This document shows, piece by piece, positions 18,857 to 27,208 of a stretch of DNA of 64,000 nt. This DNA is from an uncultured bacterium (GTDB lineage: Bacteria > Acidobacteriota > Vicinamibacteria > Vicinamibacterales > UBA8438): NCBI GenBank assembly GCA_963934795.1, contig CAWWAF010000006.1, positions 1,757-65,756 on the forward strand. The letters run 5' to 3'. The notes beneath the pieces are model-generated. The model saw nothing but the letters and a program-made list of their open reading frames with translations, was not told the DNA's origin and made no database searches. The position numbers and the translations under genes are program-made. Position 1 is the stretch's first letter. Every line of letters begins with the position of its first letter.

Positions 18857-19981
18857 CTACCGAAAAATGCTCTTGGGTATCTTGCCGGTGACCAGTTGGG
18901 TGAAGTCAACCGCTTCGGCGATGTGGAAGTCGACAGCAATGCTTGCTAGCGACACCGCCTTGGTCGGTGTTAGACCTTTTTCCGCCACCAGGAACGCCAC
19001 GACCGCGTCCACCGCTTTTTGCAGGGCGCGGTCGAGGTCCAGGTCGATGCCCATCATGATGTAGTGCGTCTCGTTCTCGGCGCGCGGTCCGGCGATTGGC
19101 GTGTTCTTGTGCAGAACGAACCGGAATCGGCCGGCCAACGACTGCTCGATGGCCGTCCCGCTGACCTCACCGTCGCCTTGCGCAGAATGCGGGTCGCCCA
19201 CGTAGAACAGCGCCTCTTGATGCAGGACAGGCAGAAAAAGTGTGCTCCCGACCGTGAGCTCCTTCACATCCATGTTGCCGCCGAAGTCACCGGGCGGGCG
19301 TGAGGCCTGCACACCGGGAATGTCGACGCCAGGCTGGCCGAGCACCGGGACTGGCGCCACCGCCATGATGCCCATGAACGGCGCCAGCGGCACGTGGATA
19401 TCGTCCGAAAACAGCGCGACTTCTCGGCCGTCGACCATGCCCGTATGGATGGCATGTCGGGTGGTCTCGATGTCGCGGATGGCATCGTCCGGCCGAGAGC
19501 CTGGATAGCCAGCCCCGAAGACCCCAGCACGTGACCCTGTGTTGTTGATGCCATACGGGGCCCGTGTGGTCAATTCGAGAATCTGGACTTCGAGCATGTC
19601 GCCAGGTCGGGCGCCGGTGATCGCAATCGGTCCGGTGATGACGTGGCCGCTTCGACCTTCCCGGGGGCGTCCGTCGCGCGACGCCCAGAAGTCGAGGACG
19701 TCGGGGAGGATGTGCTCTGGGGCCACGCCGAGATCGCGGAGCAATGTGGCCGGATGTTCACGCTGTGTCGAGCCGGCGTGACTCAGTGTGTCTATCCGCA
19801 CGGTGTCGCCAGACTCGATCGTCAGCACCGGTGGTTTGTCGACCGGGTACCAGCCCCAGCTGAGGGTCTCGGGCCGTGACGGGACGAAATGCTCCGGAGG
19901 CTGCGCCTGCAGTGTCGCTGAGCAGAGCCAGGTGCTGGCTATCACGCTCGCCGCTGTCGAAGTGAAAATCCGTCTGGTCAT
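18857..19981 (-). CDS. Acetamidase/formamidase family protein, secreted
   Basis: GPIAITGARPGDMLEVQILEL, GGNMDVKELTVGSTLFLPV, GDPHSAQGDGEVSGTAIE. Start moved to ATG 19981 (MTRRIFTSTAASVIAS...). Confidence 0.85.
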   Translation of the reverse strand: MTRRIFTSTAASVIASTWLCSATLQAQPPEHFVPSRPETLSWGWYPVDKPPVLTIESGDTVRIDTLSHAGSTQREHPATLLRDLGVAPEHILPDVLDFWASRDGRPREGRSGHVITGPIAITGARPGDMLEVQILELTTRAPYGINNTGSRAGVFGAGYPGSRPDDAIRDIETTRHAIHTGMVDGREVALFSDDIHVPLAPFMGIMAVAPVPVLGQPGVDIPGVQASRPPGDFGGNMDVKELTVGSTLFLPVLHQEALFYVGDPHSAQGDGEVSGTAIEQSLAGRFRFVLHKNTPIAGPRAENETHYIMMGIDLDLDRALQKAVDAVVAFLVAEKGLTPTKAVSLASIAVDFHIAEAVDFTQLVTGKIPKSIFR

Positions 19982-20140
19982 AGTCAGTGGGCTCGACGTG
20001 TCTACGGTCGTCTCGCGCAGCCGGCGAACCTCGCAGCGAATGCGCGACCGGCGATGCGCGCTAGAATACCGCCAAACCGCGCGGTATGCAGGAATCGAGG
20101 GAACTGGACGACGCAGAGGCCAAGGTCGGGACCCGGTACG

Positions 20141-20218
20141 GTGCGGCTGGTATTGACCGACACCGGTGTCGCGGCCCAGGACAACTGGCCCCAGTTCAGG
20201 GGAGAGTCGGCGGGGTCG
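20141..20218 (+). pseudogene. Possible stub of the N-terminus of a PQQ-like beta-propeller gene, in the divergent intergenic region
   Basis: The frame reads ...VRLVLTDTGVAAQDNWPQFRGESAGS. DNWPQFRG matches the signature that follows the signal peptide in BamB-like propeller proteins (compare SANDWPEFRGEG in 16500..17837). No propeller sequence follows. Confidence 0.3.
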
Positions 20219-20253
20219 TGGCGGACAACCTGGCCCATTGGAGAACGTAAGAC

Positions 20254-21327
20254 ATGGCAGAGTATCGACGTGACGACGGATCATCCGCGTGGACACGCCG
20301 CGCATTTCTCGGGGCTGCGTTCACGGCTACCGCCGCGGCCCCGGCATGGGCCCGGCAACAGGCGCCGACTGTGCCACCCTACGAGGCGCGAGACTGGTCG
20401 GGCGGGAGTCCGCTGCGATATCCGGACCCAGACCTCATCGCCCTCGACCCGCGATTCAATCGCTACATCCTGTTCAACACGCCAATCAAGCGGCTGCACA
20501 TGGGCACGATGTGGGCCGAGGGGCCCGCCTGGAACGGGGTCGGACGGTATCTGGTCTGGAGCGACATTCCCAACAATGTGCAGCACCGTTGGGTCCAGGA
20601 GGACGAACGCGTCACCGTGTTTCGCAGCCCATCGGGGCATAGCAACGGCAACACGTTCGATCGCGAGGGGCGCCAGTTGTCGTGCGAGCATGGCGGCCGG
20701 CGGGTCGCGCGGTACGAACAGAACGGCGATGTCACCATGATCGCCGATCGCTACGACGGCAAGCGGCTGAACTCGCCGAACGACGCCGTCGTCGCACCCG
20801 ACGGCGGTATCTGGTTCACGGACCCGCCGTATGGCATTCGAGGCGACTACGAGGGGTTCCGCGCGGAGTCGGAGACCCCGCCGGCGGTATACCGAGTCGA
20901 TCCGCAGGACGGTCGCGTGGTGCTGGTCACCGATGAACCCGGCGGGCCGAACGGTCTCTGTTTTTCGCCGGATTACCGCCGTCTGTACGTCGCCGACACC
21001 GGGTCGGGGCGCGAGATCCGGGTCTTCGACGTGGACGGGACGCGTCTGACGAACGGCCGTCGGTTTGTCGAGCTGCGCGCGCCAGATACGGACAACCTGG
21101 TGGCGGCCGATGGAATCCGGTGTGACGCGGATGGCAACGTGTGGGCGGGCGCGGGTGACGGCGTCCTGGTGACTGCGCCCGATGGCGTGACGATTGGTGC
21201 CATTCGTTTGCCTGAACGGTGCGCGAACGTCTGTTTTGGCGGCACCCGGCGCAACCGCCTGTTCATGTGTGCCAGTCAGTCCCTCTATTCCGTCTATGTG
21301 GGCGTGTTGGGCGCCGGCATCGCCTAG
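20254..21327 (+). CDS. SMP-30/gluconolactonase/LRE family protein with Tat-type signal
   Basis: RRAFLGAAFTATAAAPAWA, NSPNDAVVAPDGGIWFTDP, PNGLCFSPDYRRLYVADT. GGAGAA lies 9 nt upstream of the ATG. Confidence 0.85.
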   Translation: MAEYRRDDGSSAWTRRAFLGAAFTATAAAPAWARQQAPTVPPYEARDWSGGSPLRYPDPDLIALDPRFNRYILFNTPIKRLHMGTMWAEGPAWNGVGRYLVWSDIPNNVQHRWVQEDERVTVFRSPSGHSNGNTFDREGRQLSCEHGGRRVARYEQNGDVTMIADRYDGKRLNSPNDAVVAPDGGIWFTDPPYGIRGDYEGFRAESETPPAVYRVDPQDGRVVLVTDEPGGPNGLCFSPDYRRLYVADTGSGREIRVFDVDGTRLTNGRRFVELRAPDTDNLVAADGIRCDADGNVWAGAGDGVLVTAPDGVTIGAIRLPERCANVCFGGTRRNRLFMCASQSLYSVYVGVLGAGIA

Positions 21328-21395
21328 ACTCCGGCCGGAACCGGACATGCCAGGGCGATACCGATCCCTCCGCTTTGGTCCGCCGCGCTCGCGCG

Positions 21396-21791
21396 TCAGC
21401 GAATGTGTGTCGATTGAGTCGAGATGCGGGTCATGTAGCCGGCGATGACCCACTCGGCGTCGACATCGAGCGGCTCGGCGATCTGTCTGAGGTATCCACG
21501 CAAGTAGACGGGGGCGGGTAGTGCGTCGAGGTCGTCCGCTTCGATGAACCGGAGGTTCGAGAGCGAGATCTTTGTGGTGAGATTGATCTGGCCCAGGCTC
21601 ACGTCGCGCGCCTCGCGCAACCGTTGGATGGTCGGCCCGTCGCACTGGGTTACGGTGGTCAGAAGGTCGTCCACACGCTGGTCGTCGCTCGTGACCGGCG
21701 CGTCCGGTCTCTCGCGTGGCCTGGTGACCGGACCTGCGAGATGAGGCGGTGGGGCTTCCTTGAGCAACGTGGGCGAATGTGAGATCTGCAT
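21396..21791 (-). CDS. Helix-turn-helix (RodZ/HTH_25-like) domain protein
   Basis: IQRLREARDVSLGQINLTTKISLSNLRFIEADDLDALPAPVYLRGYLRQIAEPLDVD matches the RodZ-type N-terminal HTH pattern. Confidence 0.65.
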   Translation of the reverse strand: MQISHSPTLLKEAPPPHLAGPVTRPRERPDAPVTSDDQRVDDLLTTVTQCDGPTIQRLREARDVSLGQINLTTKISLSNLRFIEADDLDALPAPVYLRGYLRQIAEPLDVDAEWVIAGYMTRISTQSTHIR

Positions 21792-22006
21792 ATGGTTTGC
21801 GCAGTTGTCCGTCTGCTGCTCCCTACGTCGGCTCGGATTCTGGAGCCGAAACTTTAGAGGTGACCGGTCTGGTCATCCTCGCGCTATTTCGTAATTGACC
21901 CTAGCCTGAGTCAGAATCCTCCTGGCCTGAGCGCATATCTTGGCGGTTTCGATTGAGGGATGCGGCCTCCCAGGCGCCGCGCCGGAACGCTGCCAAAGGA
22001 GCCCTG

Positions 22007-23311
22007 ATGTCACTGCATCGTAGGAACGAGACAGACCTAAGGTTGAGACGGACGTGGACGCCGCGCCGTCCGGTGGGGAGTGCGCTGATGGCGCTGGTCT
22101 GCTGCGTTGTGGTCGAGACGGGCGTCTGGGCACAATCCAGCGACGAGAGCGAGACTGCTATTCGCGCTCTGGTCCGTCGCCTCGATCTCGAGCAGTATAA
22201 GGCGGCGATTCGTGGACTAGTGCGGTTTGGCGACCGACGTCAGGGGACGACGCGCAATCGAGAGGCTGTGGACTGGATCGAGACACGCCTTCAGACGGGC
22301 GGGTGTACGAACACCGAGCGACTCGTGTACACCTTCGACCCGCCACCGCGTCCGGTAGGGCGTCGAAGCGGCGGAACTCGTCCGCCGTTGAACCCCGTCG
22401 ACCCCACGCCCACCGGAGGCCTCGTGGGACGCAACGGTTCGGGACCAGGCGGCAGCTCGATATTCGGCTATCGACGCCGCACCGGCGTTGTGCGCGCCCC
22501 GTTGGCGCAGCCGAATGAGACGCTCCGGGCCCTGAACCTGGAAGAGCCGCGTAACGGGGAGCGATCGGAGGTGTTCTGTACCAAGGTCGGTACGACCAAC
22601 CCAGATGAGATGTACATCATCGGGGCGCATATGGACGGTCATGGATTCGGCGAAGCAGCCAACGATAACGGGTCAGGCACCGCGATTGTCATGGAGCTGG
22701 CCCGTATCTTCAGTGCGCCCGATGTGCAGACCGGGCGGTCGATACGTTTTGTCCTCTGGAACAACGAGGAGACCGGGCTCAACGGCAGCGCCGCGTATGT
22801 GGAGCAGCGGCGCGAACGTCAGGGGCTCGAAGACCCGCCGGGCTCCGGTCGTTACCCCGAGCCTCGATGGCTGGGCATGATTCAGCACGACATGATGTTG
22901 TTCGATCATGGCGCCCCCGGTCCGGACGGGCGAGTCAGTCGCGATCAGCGACCGGAGGCTGATGTGAACATCGAATTCCAAACGGACTCTGCGCTGGCGC
23001 TCGAGTCTCGCGATCTCGCCTTTTTCTTCAAATCGGCCAATGACGCCTACGCGACGGACTATCCGGCAGCGGTCGGTCCCCATATGACCAACACCGATTC
23101 CACGCCGTTCATGAATGTGACGCCAGCCATCAGTCTTCGCGAAAACGAGCGGGGCATGCATATTGGGGCGGGCTGGGACCCACATTGGCACCAACCGACA
23201 GATCTTTACGTCACCTTCACGGATGACGACTTTCGCCTCGGGCTCAATGCGGCGCAGACAACGTTGGCCGCCATCGCGCAGTTGGTGGACGCCACCGTCA
23301 GTGCGCCCTGA
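22007..23311 (+). CDS. M28 family metallopeptidase, secreted
   Basis: IIGAHMDGHGFGEAANDNGSGTAIVMELARIF and VLWNNEETGLNGSAAY. AAGGAG lies 6 nt upstream of ATG 22007. Confidence 0.85.
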   Translation: MSLHRRNETDLRLRRTWTPRRPVGSALMALVCCVVVETGVWAQSSDESETAIRALVRRLDLEQYKAAIRGLVRFGDRRQGTTRNREAVDWIETRLQTGGCTNTERLVYTFDPPPRPVGRRSGGTRPPLNPVDPTPTGGLVGRNGSGPGGSSIFGYRRRTGVVRAPLAQPNETLRALNLEEPRNGERSEVFCTKVGTTNPDEMYIIGAHMDGHGFGEAANDNGSGTAIVMELARIFSAPDVQTGRSIRFVLWNNEETGLNGSAAYVEQRRERQGLEDPPGSGRYPEPRWLGMIQHDMMLFDHGAPGPDGRVSRDQRPEADVNIEFQTDSALALESRDLAFFFKSANDAYATDYPAAVGPHMTNTDSTPFMNVTPAISLRENERGMHIGAGWDPHWHQPTDLYVTFTDDDFRLGLNAAQTTLAAIAQLVDATVSAP

Positions 23312-23324
23312 CCGCTGACGAGGT

Positions 23325-24230
23325 TCATGACCTTCCCGCGTCACGCAGCCTGCCGGCTGCGTGTCGGTACGCATAGAGGCCTTCCACCCCGAAAATCGCG
23401 ACGGCGACCCACACGAACGCGTACCCCACCAGCTGAGTCTGACCAAACTGCTCTCCGTAGACCAGGACTCCAAACAGGAACTGCAACGTCGGCGCAAGGT
23501 ATTGAATGATGCCCACGTGCGACAGCGGTATCCGACGGACCGAGGCCCCGAACAGGAGCAGCGGTCCGACGGTGATCACCCCGGACGCCGCCAGCAACGT
23601 CTGATGCAGCCACGGATCCCCAGCCTGTGAGCCCCCACCCGGGGCAGTCATCACCGGACCGAGCAGCAGCAAGAGAGCCGTGGGAACGGAGAGCAGGCTG
23701 ATCTCCAATGTGAGTCCCTGCATCGCTCCCAACGCCGCCTGCTTCTTGAGGAGTCCGTACAGGCCGAAGGTCGACGCCAGCAGGAGGGCGATCCAGGGCA
23801 GTGTGCCGAGCGAGACGCTCAGATACACCACGCCCGCCGCGGCCAGGCCCACCGCGACCCACTGGCCGGACCGCAGACGCTCGCCCAGCACGAGGACCCC
23901 CAAGCCCACCGTCACCAGCGGCGACAAGAAATATCCCAGGCTGGCCTCGACGATGACACCGGTCGTGACCGCCCAGATGAACGTGAACCAGTTGGCATAC
24001 AGCAGCGCTCCCGCGGCGGTGTAGGTTGCGAGGACCCGTGCGGTAAACTGCCCACGTGTGAACCGATCCTGTGGTCGGAGGGCGAGGAGGGCGACGAGAA
24101 TCAGAAGCGACCAGAACACGCGGTACCCGACCAGACTTGTCGGCGGTACGCGGTCCAGCTGTTTCCAATAGATGGGGCTGACGCCCCACCAGACATACGC
24201 CGTGATGCCGTACCAGAGGCCCGCTCTCAC
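23325..24230 (-). CDS. rarD: EamA-family transporter RarD
   Basis: Ten-TM profile. N-terminal GLWYGITAYVWWGVSPIYWKQL is characteristic of RarD. GTG start. Confidence 0.8.
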   Translation of the reverse strand: MRAGLWYGITAYVWWGVSPIYWKQLDRVPPTSLVGYRVFWSLLILVALLALRPQDRFTRGQFTARVLATYTAAGALLYANWFTFIWAVTTGVIVEASLGYFLSPLVTVGLGVLVLGERLRSGQWVAVGLAAAGVVYLSVSLGTLPWIALLLASTFGLYGLLKKQAALGAMQGLTLEISLLSVPTALLLLLGPVMTAPGGGSQAGDPWLHQTLLAASGVITVGPLLLFGASVRRIPLSHVGIIQYLAPTLQFLFGVLVYGEQFGQTQLVGYAFVWVAVAIFGVEGLYAYRHAAGRLRDAGRS

Positions 24231-24279
24231 CGGGCGCCGATCGGGGAAGTTCGCATCGGGCGCGTGGGCTGCATCACTG

Positions 24280-26145
24280 TCAGGGGAGGTCCGGCGTGAC
24301 GCACACCACGCGATGGGTCAGGCGCCGGGCCGAGGCGTCGCGTACTGCCGATGACCACGCCGGTGCGTAGAGCGGTGAATTGGTGACCCACAGTCGATTG
24401 GACTCGCCGAATTCGCGGTCGCTACTCCAGAGCGTCACGCCCCAGGGGTACCGCGTCGGATCGAGCCGCTGCAGGACCGAATCGAGTTCGGGTTGCGTCG
24501 GGAGGCGCCAGGAGGCGGTCCCGCCCAGCGCCAACCCTTCGCAATAGGTGTTGGCGGCGGTCCACAAGAGCCCGTCTGTGCCTTGACGGGGGGTGCCGGT
24601 CGCCGTCCACCGCATGCCGATCTGGCGATCCAGAAAGGTCCCGTCGCTGAGATCGGGAAACGGGTCGTCGGTGTCGGCAGCGCTGGAGATCGGCGTGCGC
24701 TCAGGCTCGGCGCCCCCTGCCCCGGTGAACCGGCCGCTGCCAGCCAATGGCAACGAACGGGCCAGGAGTGGGTTCTCCTTGACCGCCGGTGGCCTGTCGG
24801 ACACCGAGGCGGGAACGATCGCCGAGGCTGCGGTCGCGATGCCGGCGAGGCCGTCCTGCACGACGCCGGCTGACTCATTGGTGTTGGCCGACCCCGTCGC
24901 CGCAGTCGAGTTGGTCGCGACGCTGGCCTGGCCTTGGGGCCCTTCAGTCCGCCCCGCAGGAGCCGCGCCCGGGTTCGGCTCTGGCGTCGTGCCCACTGGA
25001 TGCGCCGGCTCCACCGGGTCCGCCATTGACCCCGGCCGCTCGACTCCCAGCGACGCGAGAGGCACGGGCGTGTCGTGAGCCCCCCGGTCGGGCTCTGGGA
25101 GGCGGAACCACAGGAGCAGGATAAGGATGACGGCGGCCGCCGCCAGTGCACTGGTACGCCACCGGCGGCGTGAGGTCGCGTGGTCGGTTGGCGCTGCAAC
25201 CGTGGTCGCCGCGTCCGGGGGGGACACGCCCGAGACGCCTCCCGCCGGTAGCGGAGGGAGGCCCGCCTGCAGCGGAGGGAGGCCCGCCTGCAGCGTCGTC
25301 GCATCCCCTGTATCGGGAGTCTTGGTAGGCGCCAGCGCCTTGATCGCCTCGACCATGGCCGCCGCAGAGCCGAATCGCCCCGAGGGTTCCTTGTGTATCG
25401 AGCGCAGAATGACGCGTTCGAGCGCCTCGGACATGTCGGGGTTGATGGCGCGCGGGAGCGGTAGCGGATCGCGGATGTGTTTGAGTACGACGGCGATCGG
25501 GGTCTCCGCCTCGTAGGGGACGAGGCCCGTCGCCATTTCATAGAGCACGACACCCAATGAATACAGGTCGCTTCGGCCGTCTATCGCCTGGCCCATTCCC
25601 TGCTCTGGCGACATGTACTTCGGGGTGCCGATTAATCCTCCGGTCGCGGTGAGCTTGTCGGCGCCCTCAAGGATCTTGGCGATGCCGAAGTCCGCCAACA
25701 GGCAGTTGCCTCGCTCGTCGATCAAGATGTTGCTGGGCTTGACGTCACGGTGGACAAGGCCTCTGGCGTGGGCGTAGTCGAGGGCATCGCCCACCTGGGT
25801 GATCACGCGGGTGATCTGCTCCAGTGGCAGCGGGTGCTCGTCGATGGCATCTGCGAGCGTGCCGGTCTTGATGAAGGGCATCACGATAAACGTGAACCCG
25901 TCCGAGTCGCCGTAGTCGTGGACCGGCAGAATGTGGGGATGTTGCAGGCTGGCGAGAATCGTCGCTTCCTGTTCGAAGCGTGCCAGGAATTCGCGGTCTT
26001 GAGCGAAATGCCGAGGGAGAACCTTCAGCGCGACGTGTCGGTCGACGGCGGGTTGATAGGCTTTGTAGACGGCGGCCATGCCGCCGGCCCCCAACGGGCC
26101 GACAATGCGATATGGTCCGAAGGACCGCCCGGAGAGGTCTTCCAT
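24280..26145 (-). CDS. Ser/Thr protein kinase with one TM helix and an extracytoplasmic C-terminal DUF1566 (Lcl-C-like) domain
   Basis: GPLGAGGMAAVYKA, HRDVKPSNIL, DFGIAK, GTPKYMSPEQ. TM segment ALAAAAVILILLLWF. C-terminus FLDRQIGMRWT...WTAANTYCEGLALGGTASWRLPTQPELDSV...LWSSD...VVCV. Confidence 0.85.
   Translation of the reverse strand: MEDLSGRSFGPYRIVGPLGAGGMAAVYKAYQPAVDRHVALKVLPRHFAQDREFLARFEQEATILASLQHPHILPVHDYGDSDGFTFIVMPFIKTGTLADAIDEHPLPLEQITRVITQVGDALDYAHARGLVHRDVKPSNILIDERGNCLLADFGIAKILEGADKLTATGGLIGTPKYMSPEQGMGQAIDGRSDLYSLGVVLYEMATGLVPYEAETPIAVVLKHIRDPLPLPRAINPDMSEALERVILRSIHKEPSGRFGSAAAMVEAIKALAPTKTPDTGDATTLQAGLPPLQAGLPPLPAGGVSGVSPPDAATTVAAPTDHATSRRRWRTSALAAAAVILILLLWFRLPEPDRGAHDTPVPLASLGVERPGSMADPVEPAHPVGTTPEPNPGAAPAGRTEGPQGQASVATNSTAATGSANTNESAGVVQDGLAGIATAASAIVPASVSDRPPAVKENPLLARSLPLAGSGRFTGAGGAEPERTPISSAADTDDPFPDLSDGTFLDRQIGMRWTATGTPRQGTDGLLWTAANTYCEGLALGGTASWRLPTQPELDSVLQRLDPTRYPWGVTLWSSDREFGESNRLWVTNSPLYAPAWSSAVRDASARRLTHRVVCVTPDLP
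25251..25292. repeat. Perfect 21-bp tandem duplication inside the kinase linker
   Basis: GCGGAGGGAGGCCCGCCTGCA occurs twice in tandem (25251-25271 and 25272-25292). It encodes the in-frame LQAGLPP LQAGLPP on the minus strand. Confidence 0.9.
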
Positions 26146-26286
26146 GAGTCGTGTCTATGGACGGCGACTCCGTCATTGAGTGGCCGCCCAATCCGGTAAC
26201 CGGCAGCGAAACCGAATTACAATCACGAGACCGGACCTGAGACACCGGTTTCGCGATCGGAGTCATCATATCCTTGGAGTGTGACC

Positions 26287-27174
26287 ATGCGTACAGAACA
26301 TAAGTGCAGATTCGCGGCCGCCATGCTCGGTCTCGCGGTGTGGCTGATGGCCCCCGCGATGGTGCTGGCACAGCCCCGTGTAGCGGTGATGAATTTTGAG
26401 AACAACAGCACCTGGTCCTACTGGGGAGACCGGCTCGGGGAAGCCGCGGCCGATGAGTTGGTCACACAGCTTCTCAAGACCGGGTCCTACAGGATGATTG
26501 AGCGCTCGCAGCTGGCGGCGGTGCTGGCCGAGCAAGATCTCGGCGCGAGTGGGTCGGTCGACGCATCGACTGCGGCCAACATCGGCAGATTGCTGGGGGC
26601 GCAGTTGATCTTGACGGGATCCATCACCCAGTTTTCCATCGAGACTGTCTCCGGCAGGTTTCGCGGTATCGGCGGATCCAGGTCCAAAGCGCAAACCATC
26701 CTTGATGTCAGGCTGGTCGACACGACGACCGGCGAGATCCTGGTGGCGGAGAGCGGCCAGGGGGAGAAGACCTGGGGCGGCGGATTCTTCCGTGGCGCCA
26801 GTCTGGAGCGCGATTTTGACGCTGGCGTAGCGCAGGAAGCGCTCCGTCCGGCCATTGAGCAGGTCACACAGACCCTGGCCGATCAGTCCGATCGGTTCGC
26901 GACGATGGAGCCAGTGGCGCCGGTCGCCCAGATTGTCGGGGTCAGGGACGGGTCCTTCTACATCAACCAGGGAGAGAATTTCAACGTCGTGGTCGGACAG
27001 CGTTTCGACGTCATCCGTGTCGTAGATGAAATCACGGATGCGAATGGCAACGTCCTTGATCGCATCACTGATACGGTGGGTGTGATCGAGGTGACCCGGG
27101 TGTTATCGCAGTCGGCTATTTGTTCCGTCGTTGAAGGGGACGCGAGGGAAGGCGACAGCATTCAACCGTTGTGA
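26287..27174 (+). CDS. CsgG/LpoB-like periplasmic lipoprotein-family protein
   Basis: Signal peptide, then RVAVMNFENNS...AADELVTQLLKTGSYRMIERSQLAAVLAEQDL...AQLILTGSITQFS, which is typical of the CsgG family. GGAG lies 8 nt upstream of ATG 26287. Confidence 0.7.
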   Translation: MRTEHKCRFAAAMLGLAVWLMAPAMVLAQPRVAVMNFENNSTWSYWGDRLGEAAADELVTQLLKTGSYRMIERSQLAAVLAEQDLGASGSVDASTAANIGRLLGAQLILTGSITQFSIETVSGRFRGIGGSRSKAQTILDVRLVDTTTGEILVAESGQGEKTWGGGFFRGASLERDFDAGVAQEALRPAIEQVTQTLADQSDRFATMEPVAPVAQIVGVRDGSFYINQGENFNVVVGQRFDVIRVVDEITDANGNVLDRITDTVGVIEVTRVLSQSAICSVVEGDAREGDSIQPL

Positions 27175-27208
27175 TCACCTTCAGGCAGGGGCCCCTGTCG
27201 AGAATAGT

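Noticed and set aside
24280-24700. Considered a diversity-generating retroelement target, because the DUF1566 and endostatin-like domains are lectin-like folds that DGRs often diversify.
   Set aside because: There is no reverse transcriptase gene. I saw no Asn-codon-rich template repeat or near-duplicate of the C-terminal coding DNA anywhere in the window.
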